32,381 nucleotides of DNA from Psammoneis japonica (GCA_008632985.1 QPGO01000006.1:865138-897518); one strand, 5' to 3'; shown: positions 12,401 through 24,077, counted from the first letter of the stretch. Notes: generated from the sequence alone by a model not told the origin. Numbers and translations: made by a program.

Positions 12401-13347
12401 ACATGAGCTTTATGTTTTACTATGCAGGTTCCTTTGACCAAGACTTATCGGCGTGGGATGTACGAAGCTTGGAAAGAGCAAACAGCATGTTCTACATGGC
12501 AGAGTCTTTCCGCGGAGGCCTTTCTTCCTGGGACGTGTCTCGCGTTGTGGACATGTCCAGTATGTTTGCGCATGCCAGTGTCTTTAACGACGATCTTTCC
12601 AAATGGAATGTAACAAGTGTCAAATGGATGGGATATTTATTCAGTTATGCACGTGACTTCCAGAGTGATTTGTCTGAATGGGACGTATCGAATGTTGAAT
12701 TTGCAAACGGCTTGTTCGCTTACGCCTCGGCATTCACATCCGACTTGTCTGCCTGGAACGTGTCGAATATCCGCTGGGCCAATAGCATGTTCTCATTTGC
12801 TTCCAGCTTTAACAGCTCGCTTGCGGATTGGGATGTGAGCAATATGGAGCGTGTCGCCTCCATGTTTAACAGCGCTCGTTCCTTCAACAGCAACCTTTCG
12901 AAATGGCGGCTCCCCAAGGTGACTTCGTTTTCTGAAATGTTTTACAGGGCGAGTTCTTTCGATTCTGACTTATCCAGCTGGGACGTGTCCAAGGTAACTC
13001 GTATGGAAGGAATGTTCGAAAACGCGAATAGTTTCAAGGGTGATATTAGCGGCTGGGACGTGTCGAGTGTCAAATCCTTTGCCTACATGTTTGCTAACAA
13101 TGAATTCTTCAATCAAGACATTTCCAACTGGAATCTCACCAGCGCCCTCACCGTGAGTGACATGTTTTGGGGCGCTGTCCGATTCCGCCAGAACCTGTGT
13201 AAATGGGGTACCTATTTGTACACCAACCGTGCCGTTGTGGAAACGTACGGCGGTCGCTCTCTGTTTGCTGGGACCGCCTGTCCCAACGAATCCGCCCCCG
13301 ATATCTCTAGTTTGCCAGTAGGTCCGTTGTGTTACGCTTGCGGCTAG
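6434..13347 (+). CDS. Large secreted multidomain protein (~2180 aa): signal peptide, Lys-rich segment, FN3-like domain, beta-rich region, 15 six-cysteine repeats, legume (L-type) lectin, C-type lectin, DUF285/BspA-like repeats. Exons 6434-6505, 6791-11306, 11393-13347
   Basis: Exon 1 encodes MKSLVVAAVAVVTLMGGGVRGSNP followed by GTACGT. Branch GCTAAC and acceptor CAG at 6790 join in phase 0 to the 1521-aa ORF. GTAAGT 11307..CAG 11392 (phase 1) joins to the 636-aa ORF and restores the lectin motif VVELDTYEN. Other motifs: ADGLAFVI (L-lectin), WLGG..WEWADGSVWEYENF..QPD..WDD (C-type lectin), 25-aa WDVS repeats. Extra micro-exons in intron 1 cannot be excluded. Confidence 0.9.
8951..10897 (+). repeat. 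15 tandem cysteine-rich protein repeats (C-x~6-GxC-x~5-C-x~10-C(P)-x~6-CC)
   Basis: Fifteen units, each ending in CC, counted in the translation. Units 12-13 and 14-15 are a recent two-unit duplication (CPNDIGCCVSLP, GKCMPH.DCTG, DCPYD). Confidence 0.93.
12358..13209 (+). repeat. 11 full DUF285/BspA-like 25-aa repeats plus a partial one
   Basis: Exact 75-nt periodicity from FDEDISSWNVS (12358) to FRQNLCKWG (13183); consensus F..DLS.WDVS.V..M..MF..A.S. Confidence 0.95.
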
Positions 13348-13559
13348 TACTTCTAGTAAATACTAAACAACTCAAATAGTGTGATCGTACGAACTAGTGA
13401 AAGGATGGTTACTCTTGGTTGTAAACAGCTGTTGTGGGTGAAACAAAGTTTTGTTCTCTAGAGATTATGACTGAAAGAATGATCGAAATTTCAACGATTT
13501 CGCGGGATTCGAGATTTTAATTCGAGGTGATGACGTCATGATGTCTGGACAAATGACTT

Positions 13560-16500
13560 GTGATGTCACAATGACTCCCTCTCAACCAAGAGGCACCAGC
13601 CCATTAGACTCTTCCGACAAATTTCAAATTTCACCTGGACGAGAGCCTTGGTAAATTGGTCAGCGAGCTGGGATTCAGTTCCAGTCAGTTGAATGAGACT
13701 CTTCTACTTTCGTGCAAAACCAATGACAGGGCACAGCAACATGCTCAGTCCGCAGAGCACAATCTTGGGAAGCCGCGCATCGCGCTTGAGACAGGCACTT
13801 GACCACACGAAGGCAGCTGTTGTGGTGGTTCTGGTTCAGAAGATGGACATCAAATTGGATGATGCCCTTGTGATGAAACTGGACAACAGCCCCTGGCACA
13901 GGTCCGAGTGCACCATCATGCAATGACAGTGCTTCCCATCGGCATGAACAGACACCCTGACCCTTGTCAAGATTGGGTGGCACAAAGTGGGTGCAAGTTG
14001 TGTGTGTCCAACACTCATGGCTGGCCCACCCAAGCTTGCAAAGTGCAGCAACTCTCTTCCAATGTGATTGTTTGGGCTCCTCGTGCAGACCATGCCAACA
14101 TCCTTGAGGTCCTCTCCATTGTTTGGGAACAGACCACGGGACAGTCAGGGGCTGTCAAGTGCTGACAGGAGGGTTTGGCACTGCGTTGTTGGGAAGTTCC
14201 AGGCCATGTGCAACTCAATCATTTGTGGTGGCATCAGTTGCAGGAATGCTTTTTGACAACACTTCTGGTGACGCAGCAGCAGTGGGAGGTGAAGACAATG
14301 CTGCAACATTGGAGGGGAAACCCGCGCTTGACATGGTGGGACAATCGCCAAGGAGGAGGGGGGGAACTGGCACAAGCAGAGCCTGAAATTTGGTCAACAG
14401 AAACAATGCCACTGACATCAATGCCATCACAAATTCCTCAGGAACATGCACCATGATGATCGACCATGCCAAAAATGGGGTGTCCTTCAAAAGCTGCACC
14501 CCCACGCAGAGGCAAGGGCCATGGAATGAACCCTGGCAGCACACTCTCTGGCTCACAAGCCCAAAAAGCAGGAACCAGTGGCTGCACCTCCAAAGTGAGG
14601 AGGGAGCTGGGGATGCAAACTGACAAAATCAGTGTTGGGAGCGCCTGCTGACATCGCTGCAGTCAGAGTGGGGGGCGTGGGATGAACCCTGGCAGCAACA
14701 TCGGAAAAGCCGTCAAACAGAACAGGGCATCTGGCTGCACCCCTGACGATGACAGGGGGCATGGGATGAACCCTGGCAGCACAGTGGACATCTCTGGTGC
14801 CACCCAAGCAAGGCGGCATTGCATGAATCTGAGTGGATGGAGATGGTTCTTGAGCCGGTGACTTCACTTTCCCACCCTTGTCTGCACTGTGACAATGCTT
14901 CTTTGATGGACAAGATTGGCAGAAACCCCTCCTTGCCTTGAGCAGTCTGATTGGGAGGAATGGAAACCCATGGCACCAGCAAGGATGTGTTGTTCACATG
15001 GCAAAATGAAGCTGGACAGCAAAAAATTGTGAACGAAAAATTGTGAACAAAAATTTCATGGTGACAAACCAAGTGAGCACAAATGAAAATTTCAGAGCAA
15101 ACAAACTTGCATGTTGAACAAGACATTGGCACAACAAAAGGCTGAAGGCAACAGCTTTTGCATTCATTGGAAAATGTCACAGATCAAGAAACAAATGAAA
15201 TTGGAGGTCAGGGATTCAAAACGAGAATGGAGCCTTGCTTCTTTTCTTCTTTCATGCAGTCAAGAACTTCTTGTTCCAGGTGAGTTTTTACACCACATTC
15301 ATCTGTGTTGGGTTCAGTGCAAATGCAAGTCACTTCTTGTTCTCTGCGGGTTCTTGTTGGTTGTCAGGTGGAGCAGTTTTTGTTCACACAATTTGGCAAC
15401 TGGTCATTTTGCACCTCCAAAGTTGTCTGTTCTGCCATTTCTGTCTCTGTGTAAATTGCTGCACACCCACACTGGAGTCTTCAAGCTTTTCTTGAAGATG
15501 TCCAGTGCTGTCCACACATCATTGCAGTTCTTGATGCCTGGCACATCAAGATCAATGGCGGCTCTAAATTTCTTTAGAGGTGGCTGGCCAGTTTGGGTGC
15601 CAGCAGATCTGCTCATTGATTGCATTGATGCTGTTGCTGATGGTTGTTTGGCATTTGGAATGAAAGGATTCTTTCATCTGACATCGTATGACAACTGAAG
15701 GAACATGTGCTCCAGTGCCAAAAAACACTCTCAATTGACAACAAGATGTGACTCAAGGATCGCGCGCTCCAGTGCCGAGTCACACTCTGAATCAACAATG
15801 AGATGAACGTCAGTTCACAAAGTTGTGAGCAAGAAAGCTTTTGCTTGCCTGCACTGCCAGCTGGTCACTGACTGTGGTTGCTGTGTTTTCACAATTGGTG
15901 GCACACCATGCTCCTGCTTGCTGCCCTGAAAAAAGCTTGAGAAAAAATGGCAAACTGCCAAGATTAAATTCACAGTGCTGTCAAATTCAGCCAGCTGACA
16001 CAAACAATAAACTTGATGTGATGCAATGTAGAATGGACATCAATGCAGAAAATCCCAGACCAATGCAAGCAATGGTCTGATGTGCACCCAGCCTTTTGTG
16101 CACATGTGACAGGAAGTCGAAACCAGCAATGTTTGAAAAATTGTGCTTTTGAGAATTTTCACACTTGTGCCTTGTCATTGTTGCTTTCTTCTCATTTTTC
16201 CCAATTCTGAACCCTGTGCTCCAGTGCATTGAGCCAACTTGCAGCAAAAGTGCAGGTGAGGTTGTTCATTTGCCACCATGTGCTTGAAAGCAGAGCATCT
16301 CCCATCTTTTTCTTTGGACTTCTCTTTCACTCACAACTCTGCCCCCTTTTTTCAAATGCTGCGGAGGATGCCCAGGCTGTCATGATCAAGCTCACACTTC
16401 CTTCACCCCATCCTCAATGCCAGCAGTCACAATGCTGTTCTGTTCCTCCCCCCAAATTCCTCGGACATGGAAAAGTGGCACGTTTTTGTTGCAGTTTGTG

Positions 16501-16690
16501 AGATGGCAACAAATGGAGGGACCCCACTTGAAGAGCTTCTTGGACGTGTTGTGTCTGCATCAGACAAAGTCCCTGGGTACAATGCTGATTTGGTCAATGG
16601 AGAAGAGGTCGACATCAACTGGCAAGGAAATCCGCAGAACCAGTCAGTTGAAAAATCAGGGGGGAAAGCGTTGGCTTCAATTCAATTCAA
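13560..16690. mobile_element. Block of heavily degenerate, probably nested transposon debris including a Copia RNase H remnant
   Basis: Strong TpA and CpG depletion. Minus strand 13701-13755 reads RTEHVAVPCHWFCTKVE (Copia RNase H, RTKHIAVPYHWFR). The rest is not assignable. Confidence 0.7.
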
Positions 16691-16958
16691 TTCGGTTTTT
16701 CGTCTATTCTCCCTCTCGAATAATCGATGCGATCGCTTCATGCGGTACGTAAATGACTGTTGACTTAGCAATCACAAAAGCAGCGCACTGTTTTAAAAAG
16801 GGTCTCTTCCGGTTGCCACGTTACACAGTGGATCAAGTTGCCCGTAGATTAAGATGTTGATTCCTTATGTTTGCGAAACTATGGCTGAGAAACAGACTTA
16901 TAGACCGAATTTAAAAGTGCAACATGTATCAACTTTCTTGAATGCTCATACCGGTTCT

Positions 16959-17829
16959 CTAAATGTACCCCATTTGAGCAAGAGCGTAATCACGCCCCTG
17001 GAGAGAAAGAAGAATCCGCGAGAATCCAACGCCCACGAGACCTATGCCAAGAGTAAAGCCTGGAACCCATTCTGCCGCAATGGGAAGAAACTTGACGGCG
17101 GATGCACTCACCAAAACACTCATGACTCCACTCAGCAAGGTTGCCCAAAAACCGTCCATCTCTCGGTTCTTGGAAGCCAGTACAATTCTGTACAACCCTT
17201 CGGAAAAGACAGAACCCGCAATTGCAAGTGTTGCAAACAGCTTGCTATCCCAGGGGTCAATCTGTACAATTGTTCCTAGAGCAATCTGCGCGATTCCAAG
17301 AAGAAACGATTGGGCCTTGTAGCCCTCTTCAACGTAAAAGGTAGACAAGAGGTTGAAGAATCCGACAGCATAAAGAGTGCAAATCACCGAAATGACAGAG
17401 AGATCTGTGGCGAAAAAGGGGAGGCTAAGGGCTGTAGAGCCGGCAGCAACACTGAAAGCGCCGTCCAGAAGGATAAAGCCCCAATTCTGAGAGATCGAAG
17501 TCTTGACAGCTTCAAGATCAACGACGAGTGCGCTTTCAGAGACAGCAACATCGTCGTTTTCGAATTCACCTTCTTCAGTCGAAAAGACAGGCTTTGACCT
17601 AAAGAGCGGCTAACAATAGCAACCAAGGTTGAAATGTAAGAAGAGCGATTTTGATTTGAATCAAATATATAGCGTAATCTCGAGCATGTCGACAAAAACT
17701 GGAAATCCTCCTTACCGAATTCATGGCAGGCGATTTTACAGCGTTCTTTACGCATCTCGCTGGGTGAATGCTAAAGGCATTGGTGAAACCGAGAACGGTG
17801 GCGATGATGAGAAATATCTTGATCGTCAT
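16959..17829 (-). CDS. Plastid-targeted HdeD/DUF308-family membrane protein (~254 aa); exons 17829-17716 and 17609-16959
   Basis: Signal peptide MTIKIFLIIATVLGFTNA-FS plus a basic transit-like segment. A phase-0 GTAAGG...TTAG intron (106 nt) leads into QNWGFILLDG...LPFFAT...DPW...EGLYRIVLA...GFWATLLSG...LPIAAEWVPGFTLGIGLVGVG, a six-TM pattern typical of HdeD-family proteins. Confidence 0.8.
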
Positions 17830-18239
17830 GGTGATATGAAGAAGTGAGAATAAGATTGGATCTTCCAGAGGTGACACTGTATCCTGCAGGTGTCGGATTC
17901 TTCAACAACTGCTGAAGCGAGGATTTGCCATTTTTTGGTTTGCTGGTCTTTCGAGTGGCTGTAGATATTATTATGAAATACTCATTGTTGCATGTTAAAA
18001 TAATTCTGTAATGATATCCTAATAAACTTATGGTGGATAAAATACAATGGCTATCCAGCAGTTCCTCACATCCAGCCACGGTTACATAATGAGTAGGATT
18101 TGTACAGTAGAATTCGTTGAAACATACTGTACGACGTCAGCAAGAACATGTGTCTGGTATGCACACATCTGTTACACTTGGCAGTAGATCGAGATATGAG
18201 GCGTCATAGTCGTACAAACGTCGTATAGTCGTAGTGGGT

Positions 18240-21200
18240 AGAACCGACTTCAACTACGAGATACATCATCGCACATTGAACTTCCACAAGATGTCGTTCC
18301 CGCTGACGTTCATAACCTCACCGGTGTGATGCCGCTGCTGTTAGCAGCACATCCCAATGTAGAACGCACGAGCGAACGATGACGTGTCAAGTGAATCGAG
18401 ACGAGCGATCTACAACGTGTCGGGTCCGTCAATCATGCACGGAAGTTTGCTTCAACCCTCATTTTTCATGAGATCTGAACTTTTGCAAAGGAAGACTCTC
18501 CAGCCATCTCAGTCACAAAGCATCGCCAGTTGCAGCTGAGACAACATCTGCGGGGACCAGAATGCACTGGTCGCAGAGTCTGCAGAGACCGGGAAACACC
18601 GGTTGCAGATTTGTCATTTCGCATTCATTGTCATTCATTGCACTCTTGACGTGCTGAAGATTTGTTGCACACACTCATCTGCTGAGTCCAGAAAACACTG
18701 GAAGTGGACCCTGCAGTGACTGGGGACACCAGTTGCAGGTCGGATTGTCTGCCATCTGTTGATCACATTGACTTTACTCAGATTGTTCTCATTGCAAGTC
18801 TCATGGGTCATCGTGTTATCTGGTGTGCACCTGTTGCTGCGTTGTTGGCTCAACTTGTCTTTGCGCAGTGTGAGCCTGCGGTTGCAAGCTGTCTCATGGA
18901 TGATGGCAACACCAGGCACCAAGACAACACAAACAGACGTTTTGAGAAGCTTTGTTGCAGGAATGGAAACGAGTGCATCCCTTGGGTTTGTTTGGTGTGT
19001 GACAGATTGTCAAAACCGTCTCAGACTGCTCGACTTTCTGTCAATGGATTGAATGAAGCCAGACACCTGTCAACTCCATCTGAATGGAACCAAGCATCGG
19101 AAGACCTGCACGATTGTTGTCGCATCGATGACGACCACATTCCACGGGATTGCTGATGGATTTCCGACCTGTTGCTTTCGCCAAGAGCTCGACATGTTGT
19201 TCCGAACGACAACAGAAGGTCTGAAGGATTCACTTGTTGCAGGCCTTGTAAAAGAAGTCTCTGCACTGCTTCTGTGCCTCTGTGCGCAACAGCAAACAAC
19301 AATCGCTGTTTTGGAACACCACCACCTGAATTGTCGTGTCTTGCCGAAGTGGAGCTGGCTTTGTTGACACCTGTGAAAACACATGGCTGCTGCTTCAGTT
19401 TTGTCGGTGGCAAACAGAAGAAACTGCAAGGCAGTCTTTCCTGTTGCAAGATAAACACAAAGAGCATCGCCCGCACCATCATGCACTTTGACGTGTTGAA
19501 CCTTCATCAAAATGTGGTTGTGTTGGTGTCCGGCAAAATGACACCAGAGCAAAGGCGAATGGCCAGACAAAAGAACAAAATCAGGACTCACTGTGCAATG
19601 AGAGCACTAGAATGGCTTGTCCATCACCACGAGAATTGGATGAATCAAGACATCGATCTAGAGGAAGTGCGAAGTAATTTACAGAATCCAGTTTTAGTGG
19701 ACAATGGCAGTTTGGACGAAAGCGAAAATGCAAACATTGAAACCACGGAGTCCCACAGTGTTTGTTTCCCCGATGGCACCGTTTCTTCAACAACTGGTGG
19801 ACAACGTAATTTAGACAGCTTCAAAGACTTGGTGCACGATGCAGCTGCAAGCGGTTTTGACATTGAATTCAAAGCTGATCTTTTGAAAGAATCAGTCAGT
19901 GACTTTGAGGACAACAACCTGGCAAATGCTTGCTTGCTGCAATTTCCTTGTGGGCATGGCGGCATCAATGAAACAAGAATGAAAGAAGACGGGAGTCTCG
20001 CCGACTGCACAAATCCAGCACATTGCGCAGATCACTTGGCCCGCATTTCTCAGCCCCATTTCCACAAGCAACTCTTTGTTCTGACCCTGTGCAATCTGAC
20101 TGTGAAGCAACGAATGGTGCATGGTGCTGGATGGAAAGTAAGAGACAAAAATCAAGCCAGACAATTCTCAAATGAACTGACACAAGACGACGTCGACCGT
20201 GCCACATGTGACAGACAGACTGGTGAACGCAGGAATTGTGCATTGGGACATCGTTTCTTAAGTGCAGTGGATGTGGTGTCGGCATCTGTTCCACGTGCAA
20301 ATGAAGCAGCAAAAAAAATGAGAAGAAATGCTGAAACCTGCCAACACCACTTTGGACAACCTGGAGTGTTTTTAACGACAAGCCCCGATGATGCCAATTC
20401 CTTTTTAGCTCAAATTCACACGGACATGCTCATCAACGAAGGCAGAGATGTGACAGAAATGTCGGATGAAGAATTGGCCGAAAAGGCTAAGGCAAGAAAC
20501 GAGCTTCGTGTGGAGCACCCGGGTGTCACGGCTTTTGCATTCGAAATGTTGTTGGAAATTGTCATAGAAGAAGCAATGGGATGGGACTTAAAAAGGAATT
20601 CACCCAGAGAAGATTTTGAATTCTACATGGGGAGACCCTCCGCTTTCACAGCTGCAATGGAAGAACAAGGTAGACTCTCGGCACACGGTCACATTCAGGC
20701 ATGGTTTGAAGACACAAACACAGCAAGAGACAATCTGCATTCTGACAACAGAGATTTTAGGCGTGATGGCAAAAGAACACTGTCCAAACTGACCAGTCGG
20801 ATCTGCACAACTGGGTTGACATGTGGCGAGGATTACACTCGACTGTCCATCACAGANNNNNNNNNNNNNNNNNNNNNNNNNNNNNNNNNNNNNNNNNNNN
20901 NNNNNNNNNNNNNNNNNNNNNNNNNNNNNNNNNNNNNNNNNNNNNNNNNNNNNNNNNNNNNNNNNNNNNNNNNNNNNNNNNNNNNNNNNNNNNNNNNNNN
21001 NNNNNNNNNNNNNNNNNNNNNNNNNNNNNNNNNNNNNNNNNNNNNNNNNNNNNTCCCTGGTCTGACTGCTTGTCCAGACAACACAACAAAGAGACTTAAA
21101 GCTGTGTGCATTCAGCGTCAACAATCCGATGAGAATGGGACAATCGAACCACACATTCCAGATGCTGCATGCAGCCATCACATGCATGCTAACATCGCTT

Positions 21201-22092
21201 GTTTTTCTAAGCTGAAACAATTTCCAAAAAATGGAAAAAAATTCCGAGAATGAAATGACCACTGGCAGAAGCGCGCGTGAGCGTAAATTGCACGAGATGC
21301 AAAATGCCGATTGCCATTTCAATCTCCCCGCCGCACACAGTAAATGCAATGTAATCAGGAAAGCTCACAACGCAAAAATTAAGTGGTTCTCTTGGGATGG
21401 CTCATTCCGTCATAGATGCGTCAAAGAAATTGTCCCCAAGAGGAGAAAATACGATGCTTTCCAGAATGTGTCGTGCCCTGCAATCAGCAGATCTGAGCTG
21501 ACATGCAACACAAACATCGCAGTTCTAATGCCAGGCATCCCAGGTGGATCATGTAGAACTCAAGCATGGCAACAAAAGCATCGATCCACCCACCTTTTCG
21601 CTCAAGCCTAAGTCTTCCACTTTCAAAGCCTGTTTAAAGGACCCAACCCAACAGATGACAGCTGAGGAAAAAGAGAAACATGTGCTCGGACTGAAAGCAA
21701 CCCAATTGCCATTCACAATGAACAACGCAACTGCAGGACACAAGCTTCAAGGAAGCGGTGTCGACAATGTGTTTGTACACAGCTGGAGCTGTGCACAAAA
21801 CTGGGCATGTGTCATGCTCTCCAGGGTTGAGACCAGAAATGGTCTGCATCTTCGGCAACCGCTGAAGAGAGATTTAAGTCTATACAGACTGCCGGACGGG
21901 CACAACGCCCTGCTCCGGTTGATGGAAGGAAGAAGTGTCACATGCTTCACCAACGAACAGCATGATGACATTTTGCAGTCCAATTGACAAATGGAACATT
22001 TTGATGCTGCATGTGGGAATTATTTCTGCCTTTTGGAAAATGTTCCAGGCTTTATACGCGGGCTTGCAAGCGTGCCCGGCAACAACCGATAG
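18240..22092 (+). mobile_element. Helitron (Rep-helicase), internally deleted and mutated
   Basis: One frame from ~18241 to the gap, broken only by TGA stops. Motifs FGTPPPELSCLAEVELALL, LQFPCGHGG, HFGQPGVFLTTSPDD, HUH motif EEQGRLSAHGHIQAW, later CNTN. PIF1 motifs V/VI (QLP...NATAGHKLQG...CVMLSRV) at ~21700-21830. GC-rich hairpin at 22059-22078. The 5' boundary is uncertain. Confidence 0.9.
20857..21053. other. Assembly gap (197 N)
   Basis: Run of n characters. Confidence 1.
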
Positions 22093-22510
22093 AAAACAAA
22101 GGGTCTAATCTAATAAATCGATGTTAGTACATTATTACAATGATAGACACACTCAGCAACCAGTGATACACAACGTTAGGACAGTTCTCTTATCATCTAC
22201 CATAGAACGATCACACCAGAATTATCAAAAAGGGGAAACCCACGTCTCTTCTTATAATATATCCATACACGAATACAAGAATTAAATCGCCATTTTTTGA
22301 TATAATATTAAAACATTAATATAGAATTACGTCGCACATTAATTAATTGCGAACCCATCATTTAAGCGTGCGAATTTTTTAAAAAATGATTGGTGGCAAG
22401 TAAAGATCAAAGCTCTAAAATTTGATGCTCGCGCGCATGGCAATCCAAACCAGCCCGGGTTCCACACCTCCTCACTTCGTGTCCAGAGTTCCTACCATAA
22501 AGGAGGAACC

Positions 22511-22548
22511 AATTTTCGAAAATTTTCGAAATTTCCAAAATTTTCGAG
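22511..22548. promoter_or_regulatory. Repeated AATTTTCGAA motif, heat-shock-element-like array upstream of the MYND gene
   Basis: GAA-aa-TTT-tc-GAA-at-TTC-ca-AAA-tt-TTC: 4 of 6 alternating pentamers match nGAAn/nTTCn, ~80-115 bp before the ATG at 22628. Confidence 0.3.
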
Positions 22549-22627
22549 TACAGTATGTTCTCGCATTATCCTCCTCCGTGGTGTGTCTTGGCTCTTCGCA
22601 GTCATCATCATTCGAAACCTGACAAAC

Positions 22628-23989
22628 ATGGCGTCACCAGAGCCGACGTCGCATCCCTCCAAACCGTTGGTGAAATGGTCTGGTTTGGAAACAAACGGAA
22701 TGAAGGACGTGAAATGTTCGCTACTTCAGCCTCCCGACGTCAAGCTGAAGCCGAGAATCAAGTCACTTCCAAAAACAAGCCTCGTTGTTTATAATGACGC
22801 AGCATGGGACTCGTCGTCCGATAGCAATAACGACATGCGATTCAAGTTTGACGGAACGACCGTTATGCAGCTCGAACCATCCTCGAACGAAAAGGGCAGT
22901 GCTCAAACCATGCCCGTGACAATGACTGTTGCCGGACGGTGTTACTTCACGGCCCAAGATTACAAGAATTTTCTATTAATGATGCGAACCAAGCAGCAAT
23001 CGGAGCAATTGGAAATAATCCCAAATGGAAAGTTTGATTGGCCTGATGTGAGAAGTTTCCTTTTGTGTCCCTTCTGTCATAAAAGTGCGCGCATTCCAAG
23101 ACGACACGACGAGTCAAACAAAGAGTTTTGGATGCTCTTTTATCCCTTGGTGCAATTTACAGTACTACCCGGTTATAAAATGGCTCTTGGTACCCGCACT
23201 ATTTGCCGTCTAACTTGCCTGGAGTGCATGGAACACGTGCTCAAGGGGAAAACCATAAAGGTAAAACGGACCGAGGGCGACGTTGTGAAATCAACCGTCT
23301 TGTCCGCCACGGACGTACTCCGGGTCGTTGGCTCTGTTTCGTTCCTGCAGGACAAGCCACCGCGACCCGAATCACATGCCAATATCCATGATGTTATGGA
23401 CGCACACACATTGTATACCCTGTGGGAGCAGTGTGGTGCCTGGGAGGCACTTCAGCACGATTACCATGACATGTTGGCTCGTTCCGTGACTGGCACAGAG
23501 CCACCGCCGCAGGACGTGGATGCACCATTTCGTTTTGGACGCAAATGTGACAATCCCGAGTGTAAAAGAGTTCACGGCAAGTTTGACAAGAGCTTGGGAA
23601 TAATTGTGTCACTGACGGTACCATGTCACGAGTGCAACTCTGTGCATTACTGCTCTCGCAAATGTCGAACCATCGCGTTCAACAATCACAGAGAAAAGTG
23701 CTTGGACTATCAAGAGAAGATCAAATTGGACGAGAACAAGAAAGAAGCGCGCGTTATTAAGAAAAAGAAAGAAGCACGCATTGACGAAAAGAAGCAGAAC
23801 GAGGACGAGACGAAGAAGCAAGAAGAGGAAATCAGAAAGGTGCGGTGTAGTTATTGCAAGAAACGGAGACCCTACACCAAGATGAAAGCCTGCTCTCGGT
23901 GCAAGACGGTTGCGTACTGCTCCACTGACTGCCAGAAGGAGGCTTGGAACTTTCACAAGGTCTTGTGTGTCAGACGAAAAAGTCAGTGA
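22628..23989 (+). CDS. Protein with two MYND-type zinc fingers (453 aa)
   Basis: CDNPEC...CHECNSVHYCSRKCRTIAFNNHREKC and CSYC...CSRCKTVAYCSTDCQKEAWNFHKVLC, separated by a K/E-rich coiled-coil-like linker. Additional CPFC/CLEC pair upstream. Single uninterrupted ORF from the first ATG. Confidence 0.9.
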   Translation: MASPEPTSHPSKPLVKWSGLETNGMKDVKCSLLQPPDVKLKPRIKSLPKTSLVVYNDAAWDSSSDSNNDMRFKFDGTTVMQLEPSSNEKGSAQTMPVTMTVAGRCYFTAQDYKNFLLMMRTKQQSEQLEIIPNGKFDWPDVRSFLLCPFCHKSARIPRRHDESNKEFWMLFYPLVQFTVLPGYKMALGTRTICRLTCLECMEHVLKGKTIKVKRTEGDVVKSTVLSATDVLRVVGSVSFLQDKPPRPESHANIHDVMDAHTLYTLWEQCGAWEALQHDYHDMLARSVTGTEPPPQDVDAPFRFGRKCDNPECKRVHGKFDKSLGIIVSLTVPCHECNSVHYCSRKCRTIAFNNHREKCLDYQEKIKLDENKKEARVIKKKKEARIDEKKQNEDETKKQEEEIRKVRCSYCKKRRPYTKMKACSRCKTVAYCSTDCQKEAWNFHKVLCVRRKSQ

Positions 23990-24077
23990 CAACATGCGCA
24001 AATTTATAATACATAATGATTATGACAACAATAATTCAAACAAACAATGGCTTTGATAAGAATAGACTGATATATAT

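Noticed and set aside
13530..13539. Perfect ATGACGTCAT palindrome (bZIP/aureochrome-type site)
   Set aside because: Single short motif at a TE edge with no gene start nearby; could occur by chance.
16676..16693. (TTCAA)3 microsatellite as a LINE tail
   Set aside because: Marks the TE block edge, but no LINE coding remnant is recognisable next to it.
20600..21349. ORFs spanning the N run
   Set aside because: Artefacts of the assembly gap; frame across the gap is not reliable.
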